Shown one piece after another: positions 39,744 to 52,780 of a stretch of 64,000 nt of DNA. This stretch comes from the human T2T-CHM13v2.0 reference genome, Homo sapiens: assembly GCF_009914755.1 (NCBI RefSeq), contig NC_060929.1. One strand, 5' to 3'. Made by a program: the position numbers and the translations under genes. Under the pieces are notes generated by a model, which was given only the letters and a program-made list of their open reading frames with translations, was not told the DNA's origin and did not search any database. Positions within the stretch are counted from its first letter, which is position 1. The number at the start of each line of letters is the position of its first letter.

Positions 39744-40211
39744 TAAATACACCAACATTCATAAAATAGAAATATAAGAATGCTTTGAATAAAGATGGAT
39801 GTCAGGGTAGGAAAAATTGTCCCTTTTCTGCATTTGTGATAAGCCAAATCAAATGGAAAATTACTTCAGACATCGAGTTTTCTACTCAATTTGTTGCTTT
39901 GTTCAGAGAAAAAAATAAAAGCAATGATTCATTTAACAAATTACTATCCAAATCAAAAGTATGATAATTGTGCTCTCTTTTTAGCAAATTATAATTACAG
40001 TTAATCTGCATGGAACTTTTCTATTTGTCAAACATGTTACAGGTCTAAGCTAAATAAATGTTTCAGTAATTTTTAGGAAGGCTATCCTCTGTTGTTGCTA
40101 TTTAACAGATAAAGGAAAAACTGCAGCTTAGAAAATCACTCATCCAAAATCAAGCAGAACTTTTATTTGAATTCTGACATTCTGATACTAGAGCCCAAAA
40201 AGAAGTTTACC

Positions 40212-43065
40212 AAATTCAAAAATGTGTCAAAAAGATAATACACCACGATCAAGTGGGATTAACCACAGGGATGTAAGGATGGTTCAACATAAGCAAATCA
40301 ATAAATGTGATACATAACATCAACAAAATGAAGAACAAAACCCACATGATCATATCAGTAAATCAAAGAAATTATTATTCAACATCCCTTCATGATGAAA
40401 AGTTTCAGCCAATTAGGTAATGAAAGAACATACTGCATTATAATAAAGGCCATATAAGACAAATGTATGGCTAACATCATACTAAATTGGAACAAGACAA
40501 GAATGCTCACTTTCAACACTCTTATTCAATACAGTACTGAAAGTTCTATCCAGAGCAATAAGGGAAGATAAAGAAAAAAAGGGCATCCAAATTGGAAAAG
40601 CTGTAGTAACATTGTTTCTATTCACAGGGACATGATCTTATACATAGAGAAACCTAAAGACTCCATCAACAAACTCTCAGAACTGATAAAACCATTTCGT
40701 AAATGACATGGTTTGGCTGTGTCCCCACTCAGATCTCATTTGAATTGTAGTTCTCATAATCCCCACGTGTTGTGGGATGGACCCAGTGGAAGGTAATGTA
40801 ATTATGGAGCAATTACCCTCATGCTGTTCTCATGATAGTGAGTGAGTTCTCAAAAGGGCTGATGGTTTTATAACAGGCTTTCTCCCTTTTCATCAACATT
40901 TCCCCTTGCTGCTGCCATGTGAAGAAAGATGTGTTTGCTTCCCCTTCTGCCATGATTGTAAGTCTCCTGAGGCTCCCCCAGTCATGCTGAGCAGTGAGTC
41001 AATTAAACATCTTTCCTTTATAAATTACCCAGTCTTGGGTATGTCTTTATTAGCAACTTGAGAATAGACTAATACAGTAAATTTGCATGATACTAAATCA
41101 ACATTAACAAAATCAGTAGCATTTCAATGTGCAGATAAAAAACCAACTGAAAAAGATATCAAGAAAGCAATGCCATTTACAGTAGTTACAGACAAATAGA
41201 ATAAAATATTCAAACAAGGAGTTGAAAAATCTTTAAAAGGAAAAGTATAAAATACTGATAAAAGAAATTGAAGAAGACACACAAAAACAACGAAAAAACA
41301 TCTCATGTTCATGGATTGGAAGAATTAATATCATGAAAATGACTATTCTACCCAAAGTAATCTACCAATTCATTGAAATACTTATCAAAATATCAATGAC
41401 AGTCTTCCCAGAATTAGAAAAAATAACCCTAAAATTTGTATGGAACCACATAAGACCCCAAATAGTTGAAGCAATACTGAGCAAAAAGAACAAAGCTGGA
41501 GGCATAACACTCCTGACATCAAAACTTATTACAAGGCAATAGTAACCAGAACAGAGTGGTATTACTATAAAAGTAGACACATAGACAAGTGGAACAGAAT
41601 AAAAAGCCCAGAAATAAATCCACATATTTACAGCCTATTATTTTTGACAAAGCTGCCAAGAACCTACATTAAGGAAAGAGCAGCTTCTTTAATAAATGGT
41701 GCTGAGAAAACTGACTAACCATATGCTGAAGAATAAAACTGAACCTATCTCTCATCGTATACAAAAGTCAACTCAACATGAATTAAAGACTTAAATGTCA
41801 AACTTAAAACTATAAAACTATAAGAAGGAAACAAAAAAACTCTTCAAGACATAGGTCTAGGCAAATATTTTATGGCTAAGATTTCAGAAGTACAGGCAAC
41901 AAAAGCAAAAACAAATGGGACTATATTAAGCTAAGAAGCTTCTACATAGCAAAGGAAGCAATCAACAGAGTAAAGAGACAACCCACAGAATAAGAGAAAA
42001 TGTTTGCAGGCTATACATTCAACAAGAGAGTAATATCCAAAATGTGTGAGAAATTCCAACAACTTAACAGGAAAAAATGAATAATCTGGTTTAAAAGTGG
42101 GCAAATAATTTTCATAGAATTTCTCAAAGAAAAGATATGGAAATGGCCGACACATTTATGAAATAATCTTCACCATAATTAATCATCAGGTAAATGCAAA
42201 TCAAAACCAGGAGATCTTATATCACTCCAGTTAGAATGGCTATTATAAAAAAGACAAAAATAACAAATGCTGGCAAGGATGTAGAGAAAAGGGAACTCTT
42301 ACACACTGCTGGTGGGAATGTAAATTAGTACAACCAGTATGGAAAACAGTATGGAGATTTCTTGAAAAACTCAGACTACCAAACGATGCAGCAATCCCAC
42401 TGCTGGGTACTTATTCAAAGGAAAGAAAATCAGTATATTGATGCAATATCTGCAACCCCATGTTTATTGCAAAATTATTCACAATAGTTAATATATGAAA
42501 TCAACCTAAAAGTTCATTAACAGATGAATAGATAAAAAACGTGGTGTACATACACAACTGAATACTATTGAGTCACAATAAAAATAAAATGTTGTCATTC
42601 ATGGCAACATGGATAACCCTGGAGGACATTGTGTTAAGTGAAAGAAGTCAAGCACAAAAAGAAAAATACTGCATATTCTAATTCATATGTGAGAACTAAA
42701 AAAAAGTTGAGCTTATAGAAGGGAGATTAAAATTATGGTTACTATAGGCTGGGAAGCATAAAAATGACAAGTAGAAACAGAGGTTGGTTAATAGGAACAA
42801 AATTGTAGCTAGATGGAAGGAATAATTTCTAGTGCTCTATAGCACTGCATGGTGAATATAGTGAACAATAATGTATATGTTCAAAAGCTAAAAGAGAGGA
42901 TATTGAATGTTCAAAACACAAAGGATTGATAAATATTTGAGGTGATGGGTATGTTACTTACCCTGATTTCATCATTATATCCTGTATGCATCTATCAACA
43001 TATCACTGTATCCCATAAATATGTACTATTATTATGTGTCACCTAAAAATAAAAGGAACAAAATT
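40212..43065 (+). mobile_element. 5'-truncated L1MA (L1MA4-6-like), RT domain to 3' end
   Basis: 'ataatacaccacgatcaagtgggatt' (IIHHDQVG); ORF 41333..41542 is ORF2-like; L1MA 3'UTR; possible TSD agaagtttacc/agaaatttact. Confidence 0.92.
40704..41076 (+). mobile_element. Solo THE1C/D-type LTR inside L1MA
   Basis: tgacatggtttggctgtgtcccc...gactaataca; perfect TSD gtaaa (40699-40703, 41077-41081). Confidence 0.96.
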
Positions 43066-43299
43066 AGAAATTTACTTATGTGACTATATGCTTATCATTT
43101 CACCTTATTTTTCTTCTGTGTATCAATACTGAAAAGTTAATTATGAGAGATAAAAGCAGAGACCTAGGTATAGAAAGAATCATTAGCAGCTGACTTATAT
43201 ACATTGATATTTACATACATTAATTCACATTTCAATTTTTATCATCACCTACACAGCTTACCTATATTACAATTGCTACTATCTGTTTTTCTTATTGTT

Positions 43300-44390
43300 T
43301 TTAGATTAAGAAATAACATATAATGTGTGTATACCTTAGATGTATAGCTTTATAAACTTTTACATATGATTAGTACCTGTAACTACTATTTTGATTAAAA
43401 TTTTGAACATCTTTCAAGACCAAAAAGGATCTATTATTCCACTTCGAAACATTATCCCCTTTTTAAATGTAATCACTATTCTGGCCACTAACACAACAGC
43501 TTAGTTTGCCCTCTATAAAATCCATGTTAATGAAATCATATAGTATAGAGTATACATATTTTAGCTTTCTTAGAAATTTTCCAATTGTTTTCCGAAGTGA
43601 TGGTACAAATGTACTAGTGATGTAATTGACACCACATTGGTAACCCTTGGTATTGTCAATCTTTTTAATATTAGTTATTCTGTTGACGCATAGTTGTATG
43701 GCATTCTGTTAATGATTTGTATCTCTGGTGATTAATCCTGCTCATTTTTTATTAGTTATTCAGCTGATGAACTTGATATGATAACCCATTTGTGGCTTTG
43801 GCAATTTTTTTAAGATGAGTTGTTTGTTTTTTCTAAGTAGTGGGTTTTGGGGGCTTTTTATGTTTTTATCTCTTTGGCTACAGTGTTTTGTCATTTTTCT
43901 CTCTTCTTTAGTACAGTTATTATTTTTTAATGCTATGTGAAATAAAAATATTTGTATTTGCAAAGTAGTGAAGATATTCTCTAACATTTTCGCCTAGAAG
44001 ATTTATGATTTTAGCTTTCACATATACATTTTCAATTCATATTGGATTATTTTTGTATATGGTATAAGATAGGCATCAGTTAATTTTTCCCATTTTTTTC
44101 ATTTACGCCAGCAACATTTATTGAATATCCACTTATTTTCCCTTTACATATAATAATATCTCATTTATGAAATATTAAATATGCATATATGTAGGTATAT
44201 TTCCAGGATTTCTACTTAATTTCTTTGGTCTAATTGTGCTACCTTACCCTAATCTTATACTGCCTTAATTACTGTAGGGTTATGTAAAGTCCAGAAATCT
44301 AGTGCTGTAACTTTTCCAACTTGGTTCTTCTTTAAGCTCGCATTAGTTAGTGCTTCCGGTACAACGTTGAATGTGAGTAATGAGTTAGGC
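43300..44390 (-). mobile_element. L1ME 3' end plus ORF2 remnant
   Basis: 'gtaatcactattctg...ttagtttgcc...aatgaaatcatatagtat', 'ttggtattgtcaatctttttaatattagttattctg'. Confidence 0.75.
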
Positions 44391-44409
44391 TACCTAGATA
44401 TATTTTACA

Positions 44410-44800
44410 GTGGTTACTTGTCACCTTCCCTGCTAGAGATATGAGGGGATCTCTGGCTTTTCACTATGAGAACTTGGTGGGAATCCTGATGATAAAACTC
44501 ACCATAATGTAGGACGTCCCTTAAGACTGCAATGGGAGTTTCACACCGTATAGCTTGTTCACACTCAACCTTCAGCCATTTATCAAAATTGCTACTTAGG
44601 TGATTACAAATTTATGACTCCAGGAGAGCATATATCTCAGCTGTTCTTCTCTGATTTGAGGTGGCAGTCTGCTCTGTGAACTTAGTTCTGTGATGGCCAT
44701 AGGAAAATTATTGCTAAATGTTTCTCTTGATTTTTCTTGTTCTCAGGATAGCAGTGACAACTTTCAACTCTATATATTGGAACTGAAATTGGAAATTCTC
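44410..44800 (-). mobile_element. Old L1M (L1MC/MD-type) 5' end
   Basis: 'ttcactatgagaacttggtgggaatcctg' ... 'aggatagcagtgacaactttcaactctatatattggaactgaaattggaa'. Confidence 0.65.
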
Positions 44801-46156
44801 TGCCAGATACATATAATATGACAACTGTTCAAGTTGCAATCAAGTCTACTATTTTTCTTTTTTTATATGTTTTCATTTCTTTCATTTTTGTCACATTCTT
44901 CGAGATTAAGTATTTTAATTGTTTCATTTTATTTCTTTATTAGCTCTTTAATCACATTTGATTTTGTTACTCATTTTATTCTTTTAATGGTTACTCTATA
45001 GATTAAATTATGTGTCCTAGGTTTATTCACACTATTGATTAAATTCATTTATTTGCTGCTTCCCAGAGAATGTAAGAAACTTACAACATTATAACTTCAC
45101 TTACCACTTCCTAATCTTTTGTGCTAAATATAATTTTAATATATTATAAACTTCATAGGATATTATTATTTTTCTTTTAATAAATAGCTAATATTCAATT
45201 ATATTTATCACTGTACTTAACTTTCTAGTCTTTTTGTATTTTTTTTTCTTAGAGTTTTGTGCTTTCATTTGTGATAATTTTCTCTTTAATTTAAATAATT
45301 TCATCCTGCTGGCAAGAAACTATTGAAAAATATGAGCTTTTTAATAAAAAAACACAATTCCTTTCAAAAAACTTTACTTACTGAAGAAGAGTTTATCCGC
45401 ATATAATTCTGAGTTGGCAGCACTTTTATCTCTTTAAAGATTATCTGAATTTTTTTAGATTTTTTAAAAGGTTTATCATTGGTCTATTATTCCTTCCTTT
45501 TAAATTTTTTTAAAATTTTTTAATCTGGCTACGTTTAAGATGTCAGCTTTTTGACTATCATATGCTTAGGTATGGTTTGTTTGTATTTATTTATTCTGTA
45601 CCGGGCTTGCTAAATTTTTTGAATCTGTGGGTTGATGTTTTGATCATATTAAGAAAATTACTGAACAATATTTTTTCAAATGTTATTTATGCTCAGTGTT
45701 AACATTCTTTTTTTTAGGAACTCAAAAATAAATGTATATTATATATATGACCGTAGTTCACATTTCTTAGAAACTATTTTTTGTTCTTTTCTGTCTACTC
45801 TGGATCTCTTCCATTAATTTGTCTTTTACTTTTCAAATCATTTTTTCTTCTATCTCCACTCTCCTCTTAAAACCACCCAAGTTCTTAAGTTCAAATATTG
45901 TATTTTGCCATCCCAAAAATGTCCATATGACTTTTTAAATGGATTCTCAGTTGTCTCTAACATAGGATTATAGTTATGCTGATGCCTTTGTCTACAATAT
46001 CCAGTGTTTTGAACATCTTCGGTCATAATTTTACTGTCTTTTTTTCCTCTTTATTAGCTGCTGCTTTTTCTTTCTTTCATAGTTTTTTTATTGCATTGGA
46101 TATCATGGAAGATATGTGGTGGGTATATATTATATAACTTTTATTTAAGGAGCATT

Positions 46157-46285
46157 CTGAAGTACGCCCAGAGACAGTGGACCTGGGGGACATGCGACAT
46201 ACTGAGACACCAGCTGGGGCAGTCAAGGAAGCGGTGGCATCACCCATCCCTAAACCCAGGCTGCACAGCTCACATGGCTCCAAAA
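46157..46285 (+). repeat. 129-bp ectopic copy of L1MA 5'UTR segment 48181-48309
   Basis: Ungapped, 116/129 identical by manual count. Confidence 0.93.
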
Positions 46286-47032
46286 GAGATCTGTCGGACA
46301 GTGATCAGTCAGGTAATACAAGTGAATCACTTTGTATCAAACTTTGGTTTTAGGCTTTGTTGAGTATTTTTTTTTTCTTAAAAATATGGCATGATCATAA
46401 TCCTAGATTATGCCTTCATTGGAGTTTCAACTGAACCCCACAGTGTCTATCAATGTCTCTTTAGTTGGGCACAGAACTTAAGCTCTCTCATCCAAAATGG
46501 AGGCATATAAATAGAAAAAACAACAACTTAAGCTCTATCTCCCCAATACTGTATAAGCTCTGAAATGTTTGCCTGGATCTCCAGCTTCCCAGTGGTTCTG
46601 CCTTCCAGACCTCCTGAAGTTTTCCCCTGTAGATGTGTAGGAGTTGGTAAAGACATTAACAAGGTTGTTTACAAAGATTTTTGGAGACTCTTTCTTGCTT
46701 CCTTCTCTCTAGGACCAGGTTTCCCAAATACCAACTGTCTGGCCAGTTCTCAATACTAAATCTATGTTCCCTGCCTGCAGAGACCACTGTTCTCTGCTTA
46801 ACAACCTATTTTCCTACACCACATTTTAGAGCAGGGATTGACAAATATTTTAGTGGGGAATGTAATTTGCTGATCCCTGTTTTCGTGGGTTCTCAGGACA
46901 AAAGCCACAGTAAAAGTGAAGTTCAACTCTTGTACCTCCCTTATTTCAATAATTTTATGTGTTATCCAGAAAATATAAAACAGACACCTGATTGCTTGGA
47001 GATATTCCGCCGGGATTTTATAGTTTTTTAAA

Positions 47033-47059
47033 GTGTGTGTATGTGTGTGTGTGTGTGTG
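47033..47059. repeat. (TG)n microsatellite
   Basis: Read directly from the sequence. Confidence 0.9.
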
Positions 47060-47631
47060 ATTTACAGTGATTTGGTCTGATGTCATTTTATGCCATCTTT
47101 TATAGAACCAGTTGTGTGGTCTTATTATTTTCACATAAAGCTTGTAGTTAAATTATAAGAAAAGATAAATATGACTCGCTGTAATTCTACATGTTCTCTG
47201 ATTACTTCAAAGGAAGACAGATGTAAGGCATAAAGTTTAGAGAGGGTAGAAGGTGAGGATGAAGGCAAAATAAAACAATGGGAGGGCGGGTGAGCTCTTT
47301 CTCATACATTGTATTGATCAACCAGAGAAGTTGTACAGTTCTGTCCCTCTGCCTCAAAAGATGAAGATATAAGCAAGTACCATGTCCTTTTTCTTAGAGC
47401 TCTTTTATTTGTTGTGAATCATTTCTCATTTAATTAGCATCAATCTTACACATACTCTGATCAGAGCTAAACATAAATATCTCAGAGCAATATGTAGATA
47501 ATAGGAAGCTTGCTTGAAGTTTGAAATTCTCTTAACTATTTCCCATTTCCATTAACATATATAACTGATAGAGGCTGTTAGAATCTCCTCATCTTTTTTT
47601 ATAAAAGAATGTCTGCATTAAGAATACATTA

Positions 47632-50600
47632 GAGAGCGAGGCAGAGCAAAATGGAGGAATAGAACTCTCCACTGATCACCTACCTCCACCCCCAGAAAAA
47701 CACAAATTTAACAAGTATTTACACACACACACACACACACAAAACACTTTCGTAAGAACCAAAAATCAGGTGAGTACTCATAGTATTAGGTTTTAACTTC
47801 ATATCACTGAAAGAGGCACTGAGAAGATAGCAAAAACAGTCTTGAGTCTCAACACCATACCTCCCCGACCCCCAGCATCACTTGTGTGATCAGAGAGCTT
47901 CTCTGGATGCTGAGAGGTGGAAAATACAGCAATTTTGAGGGATTGAACTCAGTGCTGTCCTGTTAGAGCTGAAAGAAAAACTGGACCAACTTGAGGTGAT
48001 GCCTGCCCGCAGAGGGAGCATTTAAACCAGCCCTAGCCATAGGGGAATCGCCAATTCTAGAGGTTCAAACTTGAGTGCCGGCAAACCTTGCCACCCAGGG
48101 CTGCCGTGTTCTGTGCTTTCAAGTAAATTTGAAAGGCATTCTAGACCACAAGGATGGCAAAACCTAGATGAGTCCTAAGGCTGAAGTACGCCCAGAGACA
48201 GTGGACCTGGGTGACATGCAACATACTGAGACACCAGTTGGGGCAACTGAGAAAGTGCTGGCATTGCCCCTCCCTAAACCCAGGCTGCACAGCTCACATG
48301 GCTCCAAAACAGAACCCTTCCTTCTACTTGAAGAGGAGAAGAGAGGACAGGAGAGGAGAGGAGAGGGAAATGTGGGGAGGACTTAATCTTGCATCTTGGA
48401 TACCAGCTCAGCAATAGTAGGATAAGGCAATGATCAGAGACATGAGGCTCCCATTCCAGACCCTAGCTAGCAGATGACATTTTCAGACACACTCTCGGCC
48501 AGAAGGGAACTCTCTGCCTTGAAGGGAAGGACCCAGTCCTGGAAGGATTCTTCAGTTGCTAACTGGAGAGCTCTTGGGCCCTGAATAATCAGCAGCAATA
48601 CCTAGGTATTACATCAAGATCCTTGAAAGAGCCTCTGAGATTTGCTGGCTTCAGGTGAGACTCAGCACATTCTCAGCTGTAGTGGTTATGGTGCAAAACT
48701 CCTTCTTCTTAAGAAAAGCAGAGAGTAAAGTAAAAGGGACTTTGTCTTGCACCTTAGGTATCAGGAGACCTACAGTGGGTAGAGCACCAAGCAGGCTCTT
48801 GGTGTCCCTGATTCCAGGACATCAACATCCCTTCATGATAAATATCCTTCATCATATTCAACATCCCTTCATGAATTCAACATCCCTTCATGATAAAAGC
48901 CCTCAAAAAACTGGGATGGAAGAACATGCCTCAACTTAATAAAAACCATATGTGACAGACCATTCAGCTAGTATCATACTGAATGAGAAAAATCTGAAAG
49001 CCTTTCCTTTAAGATCTGGAACACGACAAGGATGCCCAGTGTCATCATTGTTATTCAACATGTTACTGGAAGCCCTAACTAGAGCAATCAGACAAGAGAA
49101 ATAAATAAAGGGCATCCAAATTGGAAAGGAAGAAGTCAAACTGTCTTGTTTGCAGAAGAAATTATCTTATATTTGGAAAAACCTAAAGACTCCACGAGGA
49201 AACTCTTAGAACTGATTCATTTAGTAAAGTTGCAGGATAGAAAATCAACATGAAACAGTCAGTAGCATCACTATATTCCAACAATGAACAATGTGAAAAA
49301 AGAAGTTTAAAAAGTAATCCCATTTATGATAGCCACACATAAAATTAAATACATAGGAGTTAACTTAACCATACAAAACACTGATGAAAGAAATTGAAGA
49401 AAACACCAAAAAACGGAAATATATTTCATGTTCATGGATTTTCAGAATCAATATTGTTAACATGTTCATACTACCCAAAGCAATCTACAGATTTGATGCA
49501 ATCCCTATCAAAATACCTATCATACTCTTCAGAGAAAAAGAAACAAATACTAAAATTTATATGGAATCACAAAAGACCCAGAATAGCCAAAGTTATTCTA
49601 AGCAAAAAGAAAAAACATACTGGAAGAATAACATTACTTGACCTCAAGTTATGCTACAGAGCTATAGTAATCAAAACAGCATGGTACTGACATAAAAAAC
49701 AAACACATAGACGAATGGAACAGAATAGAGAACTCAGAAACCAATACACACATCCACAGTGAACTCATTTTTGACAAAGCTACCAAAAAATACACTGGGG
49801 AAGAGACAGTCTCTTTAATAAATTGTGCTGGGAAAACTTGATATTCATAGGCAGAAGAATTAAACTAGACTTTTATGTATCACCATATACAAAAATCAAA
49901 TAAAAATGGATTAAAGACTTAAATCTAAGACCTTAAACTATGAAACTATGAAAAGAAAATATTGAGGAAAATCTACAGGACACTTGTCTGGGCAAGAATT
50001 CTATGGCAATACCCCACAAATACAGACAACAGAAGCAAAAATGGGGACAAATGAGATCACATCAAGTTAAAAAGCTTCTACACAGCAAAGGATACAATAA
50101 ACAAAGTGAAGGGAAAGCCCACAGAATGGGAGAAAATATTTGCAAACTACCCATCTGACAAGGGATTAATAACAAGAATATAACAGGAGCTCTAACAAAC
50201 CTACAGGAAAAAAAAAAAAAAAAAAAAAACTAATACTCCGAACAAAAAGGAGGCAAAAGATTTGAGTAGACACGTCTCAGAAGGAAGACATACAAATAGC
50301 AAACAGCCATATGAAAAGGTACATCATCAGAGAAATGCAAACGAAAACTACAATGAGATATATCATATCATGCAGGTAAAATGACTTATATACAAAAGAC
50401 AGGCCATAACAAATATTTGCGAGGATATGGAGAAAAGGGAACACTTTTCTGCATTTGGTAGAAATGTAAATTAGTACAACCACTATGAAGAACAGACAGG
50501 AGGTTCCTCAATATACTAAAATCTGAACTATCATATGAATCAGCAATCCCATCGCTGGGTATCTACCCAAAATAAAGGAAATCAGTATATCGAAGAGATA

Positions 50601-51240
50601 TCTGCACTCCTGTGTTTGTTGCAGCACTGTTTACAATAGCTAAGATTTGGAAGCAAGCTACGTGTCCACCAACACATGAATTGATAAAGAAAATGTGGTA
50701 CATATACACAATGAAGTACACAATGGAGTTCAGCCATAAAAAGGGCTGAGATTTAGTAATTTGCAGCAACATGGATGGAACTGGAGACCATTATGTTAAG
50801 TGAAGTTAGCCAGGCACAGAAAGACAAACATCGCATGTTCTCACTTATTTGTGGAATTTAAAAATCAAAACAATTGAACTCATGGACAAAGACAATAGAA
50901 GGCTAATTACCAGAGGCTGAGAATGTTAGTGGAAAGTGGCGGGGAAGTAGGTGTAGTTAATGGGAACAAAAAATAACTAGAAAGAATTAATAAGACCTAC
51001 TATTTGATCACACAACAGGATAACTGTAATTAATAATAATTTAATTGTGCTTTTAAAAATAACTGAAAGAGGGTAATTGGATTGTTTGTAACTCAAAGGA
51101 TAAATGCTTGAGAAGATGGATACCCCATTCTCCATGATGTACTTATTTCACTTTGCATGTCTGTATTAAAACATTTCATGTATCCCATAAATATATATAC
51201 CTACCATGTACCCACAAAAATTAAAAATAAAAACAGTGAA
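47632..51240 (+). mobile_element. L1MA (L1MA2-like) with 5'UTR (47632-48820) joined directly to the ORF2 RT region and 3' end; ORF1 and EN missing
   Basis: 5' end 'gaggcagagcaaaatggaggaataga'; jump at 48821 to 'caacatcccttcatgataaaa' (QHPFMIK); L1MA 3'UTR; possible TSD gaatacat(t/c)a. Confidence 0.9.
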
Positions 51241-51904
51241 AGGGAATACATCACAAAATGCCTTCAGAGAAAGTTGTGTTCTGGAGCTTAATAATGTTAC
51301 TTAAGAAGAAACGTTACCTAATAAAGTTTTTAACCTGAGGCTCAAATTTCTTGAATATTAATTAAATTCTTCAAGGAAGACATTTTTCAAACCCAAAGAA
51401 ATGAAAATAAGTGACACTTTTTCCTAAGTAGCTAGGAAAATTTGGGGAAAAAACTCCAGAAAACTTATTTAGAGGCAATACTTATGTCTCAAGTAATGTA
51501 GGTATTCAAACTCTGAGCATAATTCAGCTCAAATCCTTCACTCCACTTGAAGTGATGTTTGCAAATACTAAAACTAACACCAAGTCGTTTGTATTGACCA
51601 GCACTGCATTTGTAAAATCACAAAACCCTTTGCATAGAAATGTCCTTGATTTATATTTACCTCAAGTTAGCTAAATCCAACATGAAGTAAATAATTCTAA
51701 ATTGTTACAAAGACACATTCTTTGCTGTAACTGCTCAAGGTATATATGCATGTGGAAGAAAGATTGAAATAATTCCAAAATATAGTGTGGTTAAATTGCC
51801 CATAGAAAGTACCTAAAATCTCTCTAATTATGGTGTTAACTCTTTACTTATCATATAGCTAATGTTCTCACTTTAAATATGAACTTTTAAAATATTTTAA
51901 TATA

Positions 51905-52034
51905 TTTTTTGGAGAGATGGTCTCACTATGTTACCCAGGCTTGTCTCAAACTCCTGGCCTCAAGCCTCTAATGATCCTCCTGCCTCAGCCTCCTGAGTAG
52001 CTGAGACTACAGGCACAAGCAGCCTTGCCCAGCT
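51905..52034 (-). mobile_element. FLAM (Alu monomer)
   Basis: 'gagatggtctcactatgttacccaggcttgtctcaaactcctggcctcaag...gatcctcctgcctcagcctcctgagtagctgagactacagg'; flanks taaatatgaacttttaa / taaatataaattttaa. Confidence 0.92.
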
Positions 52035-52183
52035 TCTAAATATAAATTTTAACATGTGGAATTAAAAATTAAAGGGCGTTGAGGAGAGCTCTATTTGACA
52101 TTTATTGCAACTGATGACCTATGGACAGATAGACTCACTTTGTGCAGCAAGAACCCCAAGAGTTATTTCTAAAAATCCTAAGA

Positions 52184-52413
52184 ACTAACTAACACTTACT
52201 GAACCCTTAAAACAGTGTCAAACACTACACATAAGTTATATTTTTAGCTTTCCCAATACATTATAAATTGTTATGTCCATTATGTGCAAATGACTAGGTG
52301 CCCAAGATGGTCAAGTGACTCACAATTCCGCAAACTAGTCAGTGTCAAAGCAGAGTCACCCTGGGTCTCTCAGTTAAAAGCCGAGACTCTCAATGCCTTT
52401 GACATTTTGCCTC
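52184..52413 (-). mobile_element. MIR
   Basis: 'aactaacacttactga...ttatgtccattatgtgcaaatga...ggtcaagtgact...actagtcagtgtcaaagcag'. Confidence 0.7.
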
Positions 52414-52509
52414 TGAGCTAACATGACAGTTATGAAAAATTAGTTCTTTTGGGTTTTAGTCAATTAAACTATAAGCTCAGAAAGGCTGAGAGCACTTCTG
52501 TTGATTATT

Positions 52510-52780
52510 TTATTCACTCATTTGTTAATTCATTTAACAAATGTTTATTTAATGAAGATCCCCTGGGCATTAGAAATTTAAAACAAGACAGAAAATAATC
52601 CCTGTATCATGAAAATTATATTCTAGTAAGGAAGACAGTAGCATAGTAAGAAAAATAAATAAGATAATTTCTGTTAGTGCTAAGTTCTATGAAAATTATA
52701 AAATGTGATAGAAATGGGTTACATTTAGCTAGAGTGGTAATGTGAGACCATTTTCGCAGAAGAAACATTGGAGTTTATAA
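52510..52780 (-). mobile_element. L2 3' end
   Basis: 'attcatttaacaaatgtttatt...aacaagacagaaaataatccctg...ttatattctagtaaggaagacag...agtgctaagttctatgaaaa'. Confidence 0.8.

Larger units (their letters stand above)
44850..47100 (-). mobile_element. Old L1M inter-ORF, ORF1 and 5'UTR remnant
   Basis: 'gaatgtaagaaacttacaaca', 'ataattctgagttggcag', 'tttttgaatctgtgggttgatgttt', 'ttcttaagttcaaatattgtattttg'. Confidence 0.65.

Noticed and set aside
48822-48893. Short direct repeats with spacers, superficially CRISPR-like
   Set aside because: Eukaryotic context, L1 ORF2-derived unit, irregular 2-19 bp spacers and no cas genes.
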